Source of the DNA: a virus
Taxonomy: Duplodnaviria > Caudoviricetes
IMG/VR virus record: IMGVR_UViG_3300042860_000924
Coordinates: 1-55,595 of that record
Direction: 5' to 3' (one strand)
DNA: 55,595 nt
The notes beneath the pieces are model-generated. The model was not told the origin of the DNA. It saw only the letters and a program-made list of their open reading frames with translations, and did not search any database. The position numbers were made by a program, and so were the translations under genes. This document shows positions 17,587 through 27,832 of the stretch, in pieces (position 1 is the stretch's first letter; the number at the start of each line of letters is the position of its first letter).

Positions 17587-20500
17587 TTATCTGGTATTTA
17601 ACATAACTAAAGAGTTTGAGTTAGTAACCACAAACCTATAGTTATTACTATTATCGTATACAGCATCAACTAAGAACCAACGATCTTTCATACGTTGAGT
17701 TAAAGCTAACCTGGTTTGAGAGATATTAGATGTATCAAAGATATCAACAATATCCTTATTGTTATAAAGTACCCTGTTACCAGGTACTAGTACATTCCAT
17801 AATGTTTTTCTACGCTTAGCAGTTTCAGAACATAGTATGTAGTCTGTATTCTGATAAGTATTACTAACCCTAATTGATTTAAAGAAATCATAAGGTACTG
17901 GTACTGACATAGGATTATATATATCATATATACCTATATCCTGATAAGACTCAGTAACAAATTCAAAGTTAGTTAGTATCTTTTCTTTATCTGATTCCTG
18001 ATTAACTATAAAGCTAACCTTACTATCTACAACTGGCTTGTTATAGAACTTACCATATTGACCATAGTCTTGTAAGTAAATATAACCACCATCACTATTA
18101 GTATTACCAGGGACAGTAAAGATATTTAATCTATCGTTAATGTATAATCTTGGGTAATAAGAATAGAAGGATGTAAAGCCATCTGTGAGTGCACTGTAAG
18201 CTATAGTAAAGTAATCACCTGTACCAACCTCTTCATTCTTATCAAGCATTGATATTAAGAACTCATTATATCTGTGATCGTATGTACAAACAAAACCATT
18301 ATCAGTTATAGGGTTATCAGTTGATTGTATTAAACCATCTAGCTTCCTGTATAAGAAAGCATTAAGTCCTTTGATATCACTTAATGGTTCAGTACCCTGA
18401 GCACTAAACTTAAATATTTTCCTACCCAAGACATCAATGAATACTATTGAATCATCACTTACAGCAAACCCTGATTGATTCTTAGAGCCTACAATAGTTG
18501 ATATATAATCATATCTTTCAAGTACACCACTAGTTCCTAGAACAAGTTCAGAAGTACTGGTAGCGTCTTGTATAAGTTGTTGTGCATTAACCTGGAATAA
18601 ACCAAATCCTCTATCTTGGAAATAGAATAACTTATCCTTAAATACAATAAGATTGTTAATAGGCCCATACTTGCTATCCACGTCTTTGTAAGCTTCAGGT
18701 AAGAATGTAGTCCATGAATCAATATCTTCGCTGTTAGTTTTAGTCTCCGACTTATAGGTCCGTGTATCATACTCGTTAATGTTTTGATAGTTTAATGGTT
18801 TAGCAACGTGAACCATATAGTAGGGATTCCAACTAAACAAGTCACAGGTTGTTGCTTCAAATGATTCTACAGTATCAACTGCACCACTACTACCTTGACC
18901 AAAAGGATCAGAGTAATTAGGTATAGCTGCTGGTAAAATATCTTTACCACGTAGTTCAGTATTAATAGTACTTTCAAGTGGTACACATAAAGTTATACCA
19001 CCAGCTTCTCCAATCAATATACTATTATCACCACCTCCAGCACCACTAGGGTCCATAACTGATATTGCACTATCACCAACCCTACGTTTCCAATCTGGAA
19101 AATCCATGATAGTATCGTAGACTTGTGTGTAAGTATCACCACCAGCTATAAGTAAGTTAGGCATATTAACGCCTGTTACTTTAAAGTAGTTAGATACTGG
19201 TATGTATGTGTTAGTACTACGCTGAGCATATGAACTACCATTGTATTGAGCATTCAATGTTCTATTGTAGTTTACAATATATTTATATAAAGAACTACCA
19301 CCTTGAGAAGTCCAACTATCTAAGTCAGCATATCCTCTACCACCGAATGTTGTTGTTAAGAAATCAACTGAGCCATTAAGGTTACCTGAAGTAGGTTTAT
19401 TACCACCAAATATAATAGCAGCTCTATTAGAGCCTGTTGAATATCTTGTTACAAATCCTGTATTACTATTGCTTGGTGAGAAATTACCTACTCTAGCATT
19501 AGTATTATAAACTAATAATGTTGATGGGTTATAAGCACCAAATGTTGAACTATGTCCTGCTAGAAATGATTCGTGGACTGGGTATATAGGACCATCAGCT
19601 GCACTATCCTTAATACAATAAGGAGAATTAGCTGTATCTATATGTGAGTAGTATTTACTTATAATCCAAGCTACATCTTCACATGGTATGTTATTACCAT
19701 CTAAAGCATTACCACAATCTTGCCCATAAACAAAGCTATTTTGATTGGTACCCAAGATACCAACGAAGTCTATTGAATCACCAGTTTGAAATCCTGGGAA
19801 TCCTCTAAAGTCAAAGTCTGGAGATTTAATTGATCCTACATTATGCCATAATAAAGAATCGGACCTAAGGTTAACTGGGTAATAATTACTACCACCTAAA
19901 CCTGTAGCAGAGTCATGTGATAAGTAAAATGCTGTACCACTTATTACTGATGAGTAATCTTTCTGAGCAAAGTTAAATACACCTTGACCAACAATATGTT
20001 TATCATTATCAGTCCTAGGTACTACTACTATCTGAAACCCAGTAGCTTCAGTTGGTATATTACTTAATGAAAACTTCAAATACATTTGATTTGTATAAGC
20101 TTTCACATTAGTAGAATCATAAGTAGCTAATGGGTATGCTAAGAATCTTTGATGTTTAGCTGTACCATTAGGCATGTACACATGTGGTACACGTATATCA
20201 GCTATCCATTTAGGGAAGCTAGGATTACCAAGATCATCAAAGAATACAACAGCAAATCTATACATCTCATCACGCTGATAGCCAGCCATTAATGGTGCAT
20301 AGAATGGTGAAACAAAACAATCATAAAAATTACCATTAGTATGATCTCTATCACCTAATGATATAATAGTATTAGTCTTTGTAATTATATTCCTATAAGG
20401 AGCTCCATTATATGATCCTGGTGAAAAGCTATTACCTATTTGTTTCTCATCTGCTAATATAGGAAAGCTAGAAAACTCATAACTAACATTTGGTCCTTGA

Positions 20501-22653
20501 CCTCCTAGGTTAGTTAGGGTACTAGCTGATACAGAACCTGGTTTGTATAATAAGTTATTAGTACTTAATGGTGATTGATTACCATAGTCTTGTATAGCAT
20601 CAAATGTCTCAGGTACATCATAAGGTGTTACAGCTGAACCATTTATAGCAGTGATCTGCCAAGTATTACCAGACTTAGTTAAAGTGTATGGTGTACCTTG
20701 TGCATCATATAAGGTAGTGGTAGTAGAGTTTAAAGGAAACCTATAAGCTCTTGAATCATAGTCTACATCAAAAGTATTAGTCCTAACATTAGATAGGAAT
20801 AATATATTGTTCTTAGTAGCCATAGCTTTAGCTCTAACAATATTAGTTGAGAAAGCTGTAAGCTCATCTATACTAATTGGGTAATCAGAATCTTCTTCCC
20901 CAGTATGTAGGAAAGTCATTGTAGATCCTGTAATAACATTATCTGAAATTACTTTAATCTCAGGTGCTGTATTCTTAGTACCATAGTAAATGAAGGCTAT
21001 CTCAATTCTATCAAAGTTTGTATCTATATTAGATACTTCTAATTGAATAGATTTATCAACAGTTACCCCAGCATCTACAGCATAATAGTCTATCCAATTT
21101 GTGGTAGACTCATCCTGTACTGTTAATGGTACTAATATTGATGGCATAGAGAACCTAGTCTCTGCACCATTGTTACGCTTTAACCTATATGCATACTGAT
21201 ACATCCCTGACTTCAAATTACCGCCTTTAACGATACCTGTTAAGTTTAACACATCAAAGTCAATTGCTGGTGTTAAAAGTAATTGTGAGGGAGCTAAACT
21301 AGCTACATTGGGATCTGCGACATTAATATATCTAGGAGGATTAAAATTATCCGTCCAGTATATCTTTTGAATGTTTTCATTCTCATACCTGGCTTCAACT
21401 CTACCAAGATTTAATATTGGATGTTGTGTACTAAAATTTAACTCACTATTGTATATTAGAGTTAATGTTGAATTTATATTTACATTGGGGTCAGCAGTTC
21501 TATCATAAGTAAACTTCCATATCTGACCATTACTAATTGGATCTACACCACCTGGATCAGGATCTGTACATGAGGTTGTAAATAAATAAATATCATCTCT
21601 TAATGTAACCCAACCAATTATCTGCGCACTAGCTACACCAGAAATGTAGTTATTAGTAACATTAAAGATTTGACTATACATCCCAGGACCGTACAAGTCT
21701 ACACCAACAATCCAAACTACAGCAGCTGTAGTAGGTGGAGGAGTAATTGAAGTAGGTGTGAAATCTAATCTAATAGTTATATCATTATTAGTAGGGGTGA
21801 TAGGTGTTGTTATTGTTCTAACTGAGGCACCAGCTACACCACTATAATCTTGACCACCACTAAGAGCATAAGACATTGGAGTAACCCCACCTAAATCTAA
21901 TGATATATAAGCTGTAGTGTTTTGTATAGCCCCAGTCTTGTACTTTAAATTTATAGTGTAATTACCAGTTGGTAATGTCTTAGGTATTGTTTGTGTAACC
22001 TCATGCCATGAAGCAGGACCATTACTTATTTCAGTATTAGCTACCCACTGCATTAGACCCCCTATGTTAACAAATGTAGGGTGATTACTATAAGCAATAC
22101 CAGCACCACCACTATCAGTAGCAACCCATGAATTTAAAGTATTAGCACCAGCAACTCTAGGTAATGTTAAGTACTGATTGTAGTTAACTAAACCAGTACC
22201 ACCACTAACAAATGTAAAGCTAGTTATAGATACATTAGTTACAGCAGATGAGGATATATGAATACTATCAGTATAGCTAGTAGCTACAGTAGTACCAAAG
22301 CTTGAGTTTATATGAGAGGTTAATCCAGTTAATAAGTCAGCTAGGGAAGTATAAGTAAATTGATAAGCAGGTAAATTTGTACCATCAATATTTACTACGA
22401 TAGAATATATACTACCAAGTGATAAGTGTGATAAGTACTCAGTGTTAATTTCTATCTTAGAAACAGAATTAATATCTGGAATAACTGAATCAAACTTATT
22501 ACCACGAATGTTAGTACGTGATAATGTTGTAGCACCATTAGTAGTAACTACACGGAAATTCTCAGAATTATATACTAAGTCTGGTTTTAACAGAGCCTTA
22601 GAAATATCCTGATTCATATTCCCACCTAAATTATTTTTTAATGGTATTAACAT
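17587..22653 (-). CDS. Tail muzzle / tail stabilization protein (P22 gp10-like, crAss type)
   Basis: 1688 aa, beta-rich. Contains YENENIQKIYWTDNFNPPRYIN, GMYQYAYRL, YQRDEMYRFAVVF and DVDSKYGPINNL segments typical of crAss stabilization proteins, and follows the tubular protein gene. Confidence 0.8.
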   Translation of the reverse strand: MLIPLKNNLGGNMNQDISKALLKPDLVYNSENFRVVTTNGATTLSRTNIRGNKFDSVIPDINSVSKIEINTEYLSHLSLGSIYSIVVNIDGTNLPAYQFTYTSLADLLTGLTSHINSSFGTTVATSYTDSIHISSSAVTNVSITSFTFVSGGTGLVNYNQYLTLPRVAGANTLNSWVATDSGGAGIAYSNHPTFVNIGGLMQWVANTEISNGPASWHEVTQTIPKTLPTGNYTINLKYKTGAIQNTTAYISLDLGGVTPMSYALSGGQDYSGVAGASVRTITTPITPTNNDITIRLDFTPTSITPPPTTAAVVWIVGVDLYGPGMYSQIFNVTNNYISGVASAQIIGWVTLRDDIYLFTTSCTDPDPGGVDPISNGQIWKFTYDRTADPNVNINSTLTLIYNSELNFSTQHPILNLGRVEARYENENIQKIYWTDNFNPPRYINVADPNVASLAPSQLLLTPAIDFDVLNLTGIVKGGNLKSGMYQYAYRLKRNNGAETRFSMPSILVPLTVQDESTTNWIDYYAVDAGVTVDKSIQLEVSNIDTNFDRIEIAFIYYGTKNTAPEIKVISDNVITGSTMTFLHTGEEDSDYPISIDELTAFSTNIVRAKAMATKNNILFLSNVRTNTFDVDYDSRAYRFPLNSTTTTLYDAQGTPYTLTKSGNTWQITAINGSAVTPYDVPETFDAIQDYGNQSPLSTNNLLYKPGSVSASTLTNLGGQGPNVSYEFSSFPILADEKQIGNSFSPGSYNGAPYRNIITKTNTIISLGDRDHTNGNFYDCFVSPFYAPLMAGYQRDEMYRFAVVFFDDLGNPSFPKWIADIRVPHVYMPNGTAKHQRFLAYPLATYDSTNVKAYTNQMYLKFSLSNIPTEATGFQIVVVPRTDNDKHIVGQGVFNFAQKDYSSVISGTAFYLSHDSATGLGGSNYYPVNLRSDSLLWHNVGSIKSPDFDFRGFPGFQTGDSIDFVGILGTNQNSFVYGQDCGNALDGNNIPCEDVAWIISKYYSHIDTANSPYCIKDSAADGPIYPVHESFLAGHSSTFGAYNPSTLLVYNTNARVGNFSPSNSNTGFVTRYSTGSNRAAIIFGGNKPTSGNLNGSVDFLTTTFGGRGYADLDSWTSQGGSSLYKYIVNYNRTLNAQYNGSSYAQRSTNTYIPVSNYFKVTGVNMPNLLIAGGDTYTQVYDTIMDFPDWKRRVGDSAISVMDPSGAGGGDNSILIGEAGGITLCVPLESTINTELRGKDILPAAIPNYSDPFGQGSSGAVDTVESFEATTCDLFSWNPYYMVHVAKPLNYQNINEYDTRTYKSETKTNSEDIDSWTTFLPEAYKDVDSKYGPINNLIVFKDKLFYFQDRGFGLFQVNAQQLIQDATSTSELVLGTSGVLERYDYISTIVGSKNQSGFAVSDDSIVFIDVLGRKIFKFSAQGTEPLSDIKGLNAFLYRKLDGLIQSTDNPITDNGFVCTYDHRYNEFLISMLDKNEEVGTGDYFTIAYSALTDGFTSFYSYYPRLYINDRLNIFTVPGNTNSDGGYIYLQDYGQYGKFYNKPVVDSKVSFIVNQESDKEKILTNFEFVTESYQDIGIYDIYNPMSVPVPYDFFKSIRVSNTYQNTDYILCSETAKRRKTLWNVLVPGNRVLYNNKDIVDIFDTSNISQTRLALTQRMKDRWFLVDAVYDNSNNYRFVVTNSNSLVMLNTR

Positions 22654-23462
22654 TAATATCTACCTCTCTGTCCTTGTTTACCTAAATTTCTAAATGCTGA
22701 TAGATACTCATCCTTACGGACAACCATCTTCAATGATATATTCTTCATAGTCTCCATCTGATGTTCATCTGGAGTTCTAGCTAAAGCGTAAGCTGCAGCC
22801 ATAGCCCAATTACGTTCACGTAATGATACTTTATAAACATCACCACTGATAATACCTTTTCTAAATAATCTCCAGTCTAAGCGCTCTAAAATGTATGCTG
22901 ACACAGCTTGTTTGATTACATACTCATCTGGTACTTTAGGGAAACCCTCATCATCAATAGGGAAAGCCCAGTAAGCCATACAAGCTTTACCAGACTTAAC
23001 ATTGAATGTAATATGATTATTAGTTATGTTAAATGTGATAGGTTCTAATCCTTGCTTTGTTGGTGGGGTAATAGGTTCAGCTGAAGGCGAGAACGCATTA
23101 CCAAAGTTATCATAGTATGTTTCTATAGCTGAGCTACTAACACTATCCCAACCACAACAAGTACCATCTAACATTTCATGGTAAGTATTAGTTGAAGGAA
23201 TAGCTGTAATACCATCTACTGATAATGCTCTTAGCTTATGGAAGTCACTAGGTAATTTAATTTTAAACCCATCAAAGTCCCATGTCTCATCTTCCTTATG
23301 ACCGTATATCTTAGACTCATATACTAGCGGGGAAGCTACACCCTCTAAAGCTTCATAGGCCCAGTATGCTAGATCATCAATATTTAAATCACGATCGGCA
23401 CCTGAGTCCCTATATATTTTTAATATTACTTCTTTTAAAGAAGTGTATTTGTATAACTGCAT
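22653..23462 (-). CDS. Tail tubular / ring protein (P22 gp4-like)
   Basis: KIKLPSDFHKL and YWAFPIDDEGFPKVPD motifs; immediately upstream of the muzzle gene. Confidence 0.75.
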   Translation of the reverse strand: MQLYKYTSLKEVILKIYRDSGADRDLNIDDLAYWAYEALEGVASPLVYESKIYGHKEDETWDFDGFKIKLPSDFHKLRALSVDGITAIPSTNTYHEMLDGTCCGWDSVSSSAIETYYDNFGNAFSPSAEPITPPTKQGLEPITFNITNNHITFNVKSGKACMAYWAFPIDDEGFPKVPDEYVIKQAVSAYILERLDWRLFRKGIISGDVYKVSLRERNWAMAAAYALARTPDEHQMETMKNISLKMVVRKDEYLSAFRNLGKQGQRGRY

Positions 23463-23971
23463 TATTCGAAATAGTCTATAGAATGATTTGTTTGTAATAT
23501 ATTGGCTAGTTTTCTATGCCAATGTCTAATTGGCTCAAGCCTGTAAGATCTGATATTAGATACATCAGCAAATGCCCAATATAACTTATATCTAAAATAG
23601 TTCCTATGCTCATTTAAATGATATTTAAGCTTACCAGTTTCTCTCCAGTATTTGTAGTCCATCTTAAGTTTTCCCTTAGTCTTAAGTAAGCTAATAGGCA
23701 TTTCCTTCTTCTGTACTCTAAGCTCTCCTAGTTTAAATGGGAGTACAACAGTATAAGATTTAAGCAGTATAGCTTCAAACATTAAGGAGTACAAACGCAT
23801 GTTAACAGCTCTAAAAACAGATTTACTAACTGGTTGTACTTCTGAGTTACCTAAATATTTTCCACTTGTCTTAGGGAAATCAAAAAGTTTAATATAGTTC
23901 TTATACACATCATTTAGTGTGTAGTCTGAAACTACTTTGTTTGGTTTACCTTTCCTACTTAATACTTTCAT
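23462..23971 (-). CDS. crAss-type IHF-like protein
   Basis: Basic 169 aa protein with LPFKLGELRVQK and HLNEHRNYFRYKLYW, in the conserved slot between two ring protein genes. Confidence 0.7.
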   Translation of the reverse strand: MKVLSRKGKPNKVVSDYTLNDVYKNYIKLFDFPKTSGKYLGNSEVQPVSKSVFRAVNMRLYSLMFEAILLKSYTVVLPFKLGELRVQKKEMPISLLKTKGKLKMDYKYWRETGKLKYHLNEHRNYFRYKLYWAFADVSNIRSYRLEPIRHWHRKLANILQTNHSIDYFE

Positions 23972-24663
23972 TACTTAGCCTGTTGCTCCTCTAAATTATT
24001 CTGCGCATTGTTAGTATTATCACTAAGAGGTTTCTGTAAGAACTTAAAGTGAGTATCTATGATTAACCTTTTTAATGTATCTAACATTTGATTAGATATA
24101 GGATAGGGACTATCAGAAGTGAAGCAAGGAGCATTAGAACAATCATTAAATTGTGCTAGCTCCTTAGGGTCTTCAAATACTCCAGTAATATTTATATGTT
24201 CAATAAATGGGGTATTCATTAAGTATAAATAACCCTCCTTTAAAAAGGCCTTAACAGTATGCTTACCAAACTTATTATAGTTCACATAAGGCATAGCTGC
24301 TACAGGAAATATTGAATAAGGTATAGAACCTAATTTAGGTGTACTAACCTTAAGTAACATATCCTCTTCAGCAGATTCAATAAACTTAGGTACACGTAAC
24401 TTAGTTTTAACCAAGTAACACCCTGATATAAGTTCAGGGTTCTCAGATGCATCTACTTGCTCAACCTCTACACATGGTAGTGATTGTATTATATTCTCAC
24501 TTAAGGTTTGACCTTTATCGATCTGCCTACGAATGAGAGTGGCTCTAGTAGAGTGCACCCAGAATTCCAACTGTCTATCGCTGATTGGATCATCGTCACT
24601 TACTAAAGCCCCTCCTCTTAGTATATTTCTTAAGTCGTATATTATTTGATTTAATGTAGTCAT
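23971..24663 (-). CDS. Tail ring/adaptor structural protein
   Basis: ISDRQLEFWVHSTRATLI, ITGVFEDP and YPIS motifs; crAss synteny. Confidence 0.7.
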   Translation of the reverse strand: MTTLNQIIYDLRNILRGGALVSDDDPISDRQLEFWVHSTRATLIRRQIDKGQTLSENIIQSLPCVEVEQVDASENPELISGCYLVKTKLRVPKFIESAEEDMLLKVSTPKLGSIPYSIFPVAAMPYVNYNKFGKHTVKAFLKEGYLYLMNTPFIEHINITGVFEDPKELAQFNDCSNAPCFTSDSPYPISNQMLDTLKRLIIDTHFKFLQKPLSDNTNNAQNNLEEQQAK

Positions 24664-24732
24664 TTATATTTTTATAATAAGGATCTGAAAAAAGATCATC
24701 ATCCCATTCAAAGGGATCTCCTATCCAATGAT

Positions 24733-25809
24733 TTATAGTTCCATTGGAACTACTATAGGTAATTTTCCATTTAATACTACTCCGCATGATACAATTGATT
24801 TTTTACTAAAAGCTTTAGCGTAATCAAAACTGTATTGCGCATCATCAATACCACATCCTACTTGCATTGCGAATATCCGATCTATCTCAGAGACGTTCCA
24901 GGTGATAGACGCTGTAGTATGTAAGTGCCCACTAACCACAGATAATCTGCGATTTAAAGCTCTATTAAAAGCGGCCCTATCACCTGAAGTCCCAGTACCA
25001 TGAGTATAGATAACACCTTGAATCTGGTGTTCGAGATCGAATTTCCAATTAGGTACTTCAAGTACCTCTGCCAATCCTTTGATCCAACGCTTAGACATAC
25101 CTGAGGTAAATGCCTTACGTTGAATTATCTGATCGTGGTTTCCTAAGCAAACATGTGCTTCAGGGAATGTATAGTACCAAGACTTTAATTTACTGATAGC
25201 TAAAGCTAGTTCATCACCAGCTGAATGACCATCAGGATTAGTCTCATGATATGATGAGTAGTTATTATCAACTACATCACCAATATGTACTACTGTACCA
25301 CAATTAAATCTTTCTTGAACTTCTCTGCAGAACTTTAAATACCCTTTCCTTTCAAAAGGTATGTGGGTATCTCCAATGACCAATACGTTATTCTTATCGC
25401 CCGTTAGAAATGGTTCAATCTTCTCTTCCTGCAGATCAACTTTAATAGCATCATTTTGCTCATCAAATACACCCATCTGAAGTAGTTGATTGAGGAGTTG
25501 TAAGTTCAACTCTCTATCCTCTTGAGCATTACCAGTTCTAAACTTAACTACTGGTATTGGTGTATTTGAATCTAATCTTACTTTTACAACTTTTCTGTTG
25601 CTGCTAATAAAGTTATTATAATTTGAACTACCTCTATCTAAGAGTTCTCCTCTTTTAAAGTAGTCCTTTACTTCTTTAATAATATCTCGAACATCTTCGT
25701 ATGATAAGCTAAATCTATCAGCTAGTTTAGCGTAAGAAGTCTTTAAATGTCCTGGGTGGCTGATTAGCCAATCCCTCAATACTTGTTGTTTTGTTTCTCT
25801 ATTTCTCAT
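24733..25809 (-). CDS. Calcineurin-like metallophosphoesterase with N-terminal extension
   Basis: All five metallophosphoesterase motifs are present: GDTH, GDVVD, GNHD, THG, GHLH. Confidence 0.9.
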   Translation of the reverse strand: MRNRETKQQVLRDWLISHPGHLKTSYAKLADRFSLSYEDVRDIIKEVKDYFKRGELLDRGSSNYNNFISSNRKVVKVRLDSNTPIPVVKFRTGNAQEDRELNLQLLNQLLQMGVFDEQNDAIKVDLQEEKIEPFLTGDKNNVLVIGDTHIPFERKGYLKFCREVQERFNCGTVVHIGDVVDNNYSSYHETNPDGHSAGDELALAISKLKSWYYTFPEAHVCLGNHDQIIQRKAFTSGMSKRWIKGLAEVLEVPNWKFDLEHQIQGVIYTHGTGTSGDRAAFNRALNRRLSVVSGHLHTTASITWNVSEIDRIFAMQVGCGIDDAQYSFDYAKAFSKKSIVSCGVVLNGKLPIVVPMEL

Positions 25810-25829
25810 GGTTTTAATTTTGTTTACTA

Positions 25830-25861
25830 CAAAGATAATAACTAATTATTGAAAATCCAAA
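25830..25861 (-). promoter_or_regulatory. Bacteroidota primary-sigma promoter (-33 TTTG / -7 TAnnTTTG)
   Basis: The minus strand reads TTTG-N20-TATCTTTG just upstream of the 25809 ATG. It shares TTTGGATTTT with the 55125-55156 promoter. Confidence 0.75.
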
Positions 25862-25885
25862 TGTTTTTTTCTAATTAGTTGATTG

Positions 25886-26374
25886 TCAGTTAGAAAAAAT
25901 TTTCATGAGTCTTGAAACAACAAATCCAACAGTGAAAGCACCGAGTAAAGCTAATATATTATACCAAGATTTAACAGGTTTCTCAGTCTTAACTTCTACT
26001 TTCTCTTTATCATTATTCTTTAGAGATGTTATGTAAGTATCCCTTTGTTGTAATAATAGCTTTAAGCTATCTTCAGCACATATACTCTTAGCTGTAAGCT
26101 TACCATCAACTATCTTAACCTCAACCTTAGAACGATCATTACGTACTTGTACTTCATCTAATTGTGCTTTACCTAAGGAATCCACACTAACCGCTACACC
26201 ATCTATAGAGGCTATAACCTCTGGTATATAGATAGTTGTATCCTTGTACGAAGTATTATAGATTACAGTATCCTTACTTACGTAATTAACCTTCTCCCAT
26301 CTTGTTGGGATCGTCCTGCATGAGGTCAGGATTGTTAATCCTATTGCGCTTATTAATATCAATGTCTTGTTCAT
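25886..26374 (-). CDS. Lipoprotein with C-terminal membrane helix; candidate unimolecular spanin
   Basis: Likely start 26374 (MNKTLILISAIGLTILTS-C lipobox), beta-rich middle, C-terminal ILALLGAFTVGFVV helix; last gene of the lysis cluster. Confidence 0.6.
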   Translation of the reverse strand: MNKTLILISAIGLTILTSCRTIPTRWEKVNYVSKDTVIYNTSYKDTTIYIPEVIASIDGVAVSVDSLGKAQLDEVQVRNDRSKVEVKIVDGKLTAKSICAEDSLKLLLQQRDTYITSLKNNDKEKVEVKTEKPVKSWYNILALLGAFTVGFVVSRLMKIFSN

Positions 26375-26633
26375 AATCTCCAAAAAATGTAGCTCCTGCA
26401 CCAAATCTACCTTTAATTATATCTACTAGGTTCTCTGCAGTTAAGAACCCTAAACCTAATAATATTATAGTTGCTAGGATATACAAGAAGATCTCTTGTA
26501 TGGCTACCCCAGTATAGAGGTGGACGATATACCCAACATTAAATTGTACAAAGGCGGTAAAGACAGTAACTTTCCTAGCGGAAGGTTTTCCGCGATATTC
26601 AAAAGTTTTCTTAAACCACCTTATTAATTTCAT
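26286..26633 (-). CDS. Membrane protein of the lysis cassette (holin/antiholin-like)
   Basis: Two hydrophobic helices after a PSARKV motif; directly downstream of the endolysin. Confidence 0.55.
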   Translation of the reverse strand: MKLIRWFKKTFEYRGKPSARKVTVFTAFVQFNVGYIVHLYTGVAIQEIFLYILATIILLGLGFLTAENLVDIIKGRFGAGATFFGDYEQDIDINKRNRINNPDLMQDDPNKMGEG

Positions 26634-27088
26634 TACCTAAAATATAATTCTGTTTCTAATTTTCTTCTTCTTAATAATACTCTACTGACCTTACCATCAG
26701 CATATTTCCACCTACCAAACTGCGCAGCTATAGCTGGATCATTTGGATTCTTATTAACCATTCTAGCTAGCGTAGAGTTCTTATAGTTAGTTAAACCAAC
26801 ATTAAAAGCAAATGATACTAAAGCATCAAATTGATTCTGAGTTAATGTATCTACAGTTAAAGAGTCTACACCACTTTCATAATGATCTAATAGTTTTAAA
26901 AGCATTACCTCAGCCCACTCCTCTGTTATAGGAGTATCTTGTAAAGTAACTCTTTTACCATTAGGGTACCTAGTAAAGCCATAACCAATAGTAGGCACAC
27001 CTGCCTCACATAAGTATGGTTTAGATCTAAAGCCTTCTAAATATTTAATTAGATTTAGGCCCTGTTGACTTACTTTTGTTACGTGCAT
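26633..27088 (-). CDS. Endolysin, GH24 phage lysozyme
   Basis: EGFRSKPYLCEAGVPTIGYG, QNQFDALVSFAFNVG and LLRRRKLE motifs. Confidence 0.93.
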   Translation of the reverse strand: MHVTKVSQQGLNLIKYLEGFRSKPYLCEAGVPTIGYGFTRYPNGKRVTLQDTPITEEWAEVMLLKLLDHYESGVDSLTVDTLTQNQFDALVSFAFNVGLTNYKNSTLARMVNKNPNDPAIAAQFGRWKYADGKVSRVLLRRRKLETELYFR

Positions 27089-27296
27089 GTTTAAACTTTT
27101 TAATTAACTTAGTAGCCCAACTTTTAATGGGATTACCAGTTAAGGTATCAACAGCTATTAATATAGCCATGAAGTATGATATCCCCTGAAGGACAGATAA
27201 GAAAGACATAACAGCAAAAACCTGTGCTAGCGTAATAAATATTACACTTGATATTAATCCTTGAAATGAAGACATATCTATACTAACTTGGCTCAT
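27045..27296 (-). CDS. Putative holin
   Basis: 83 aa with two hydrophobic segments and a basic C-terminal tail; overlaps the endolysin start. Confidence 0.55.
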   Translation of the reverse strand: MSQVSIDMSSFQGLISSVIFITLAQVFAVMSFLSVLQGISYFMAILIAVDTLTGNPIKSWATKLIKKFKHARNKSKSTGPKSN

Positions 27297-27832
27297 GATA
27301 CATTATAAACTAATTTAATATACATATCTTGTGGCGCATCACAATCACCACCAAAGTATGGTTTTAAGACATAACCCGCTGTAGGGCTTTTAGAGAATGG
27401 TATACTAACTGTAAGACCATTAATAGTAACAACTGCTAACTTATTTAATAAGTCGTTTTTAATTGAGAACTCGTACTCAGTATCAAAGTTAAAGCTTCTA
27501 CCAGTACCAACATTAACTACTACCCTTTTACCATCTACGTAGGCATATAAGTTAAGTATTAATTTACCAGTACTATTTACACGCCACCCAATCCTAATAG
27601 ACCAAATATGGTGTGAGTTAGGCCATATACCATAACCTATACCACATAGTTTATTAGTATCATTTACACAGGGTTTAACATTTGAGAAATCATATTTACA
27701 CGAGCTGGTTATATTAAATTTACCAGTCATTAAAGTAGCCCCATTATGAAATCCTGGGGGTGTTGGTATTTGAGGTATTGCTGGAATTAAAGAGGAGTAA
27801 TGATCTCCTTCAGGAATATAATAAGTATTCAT
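27293..27832 (-). CDS. Beta-sandwich (ConA/jelly-roll-like) hypothetical protein
   Basis: All-beta pattern with NKLCG...IRIGWR...YAYVDG...PYFGG. Confidence 0.4.
   Translation of the reverse strand: MNTYYIPEGDHYSSLIPAIPQIPTPPGFHNGATLMTGKFNITSSCKYDFSNVKPCVNDTNKLCGIGYGIWPNSHHIWSIRIGWRVNSTGKLILNLYAYVDGKRVVVNVGTGRSFNFDTEYEFSIKNDLLNKLAVVTINGLTVSIPFSKSPTAGYVLKPYFGGDCDAPQDMYIKLVYNVS

Noticed and set aside
24596-24787. 63-aa ORF bridging the phosphoesterase and ring protein genes
   Set aside because: It overlaps both neighbours substantially and has a weak start and no motif.
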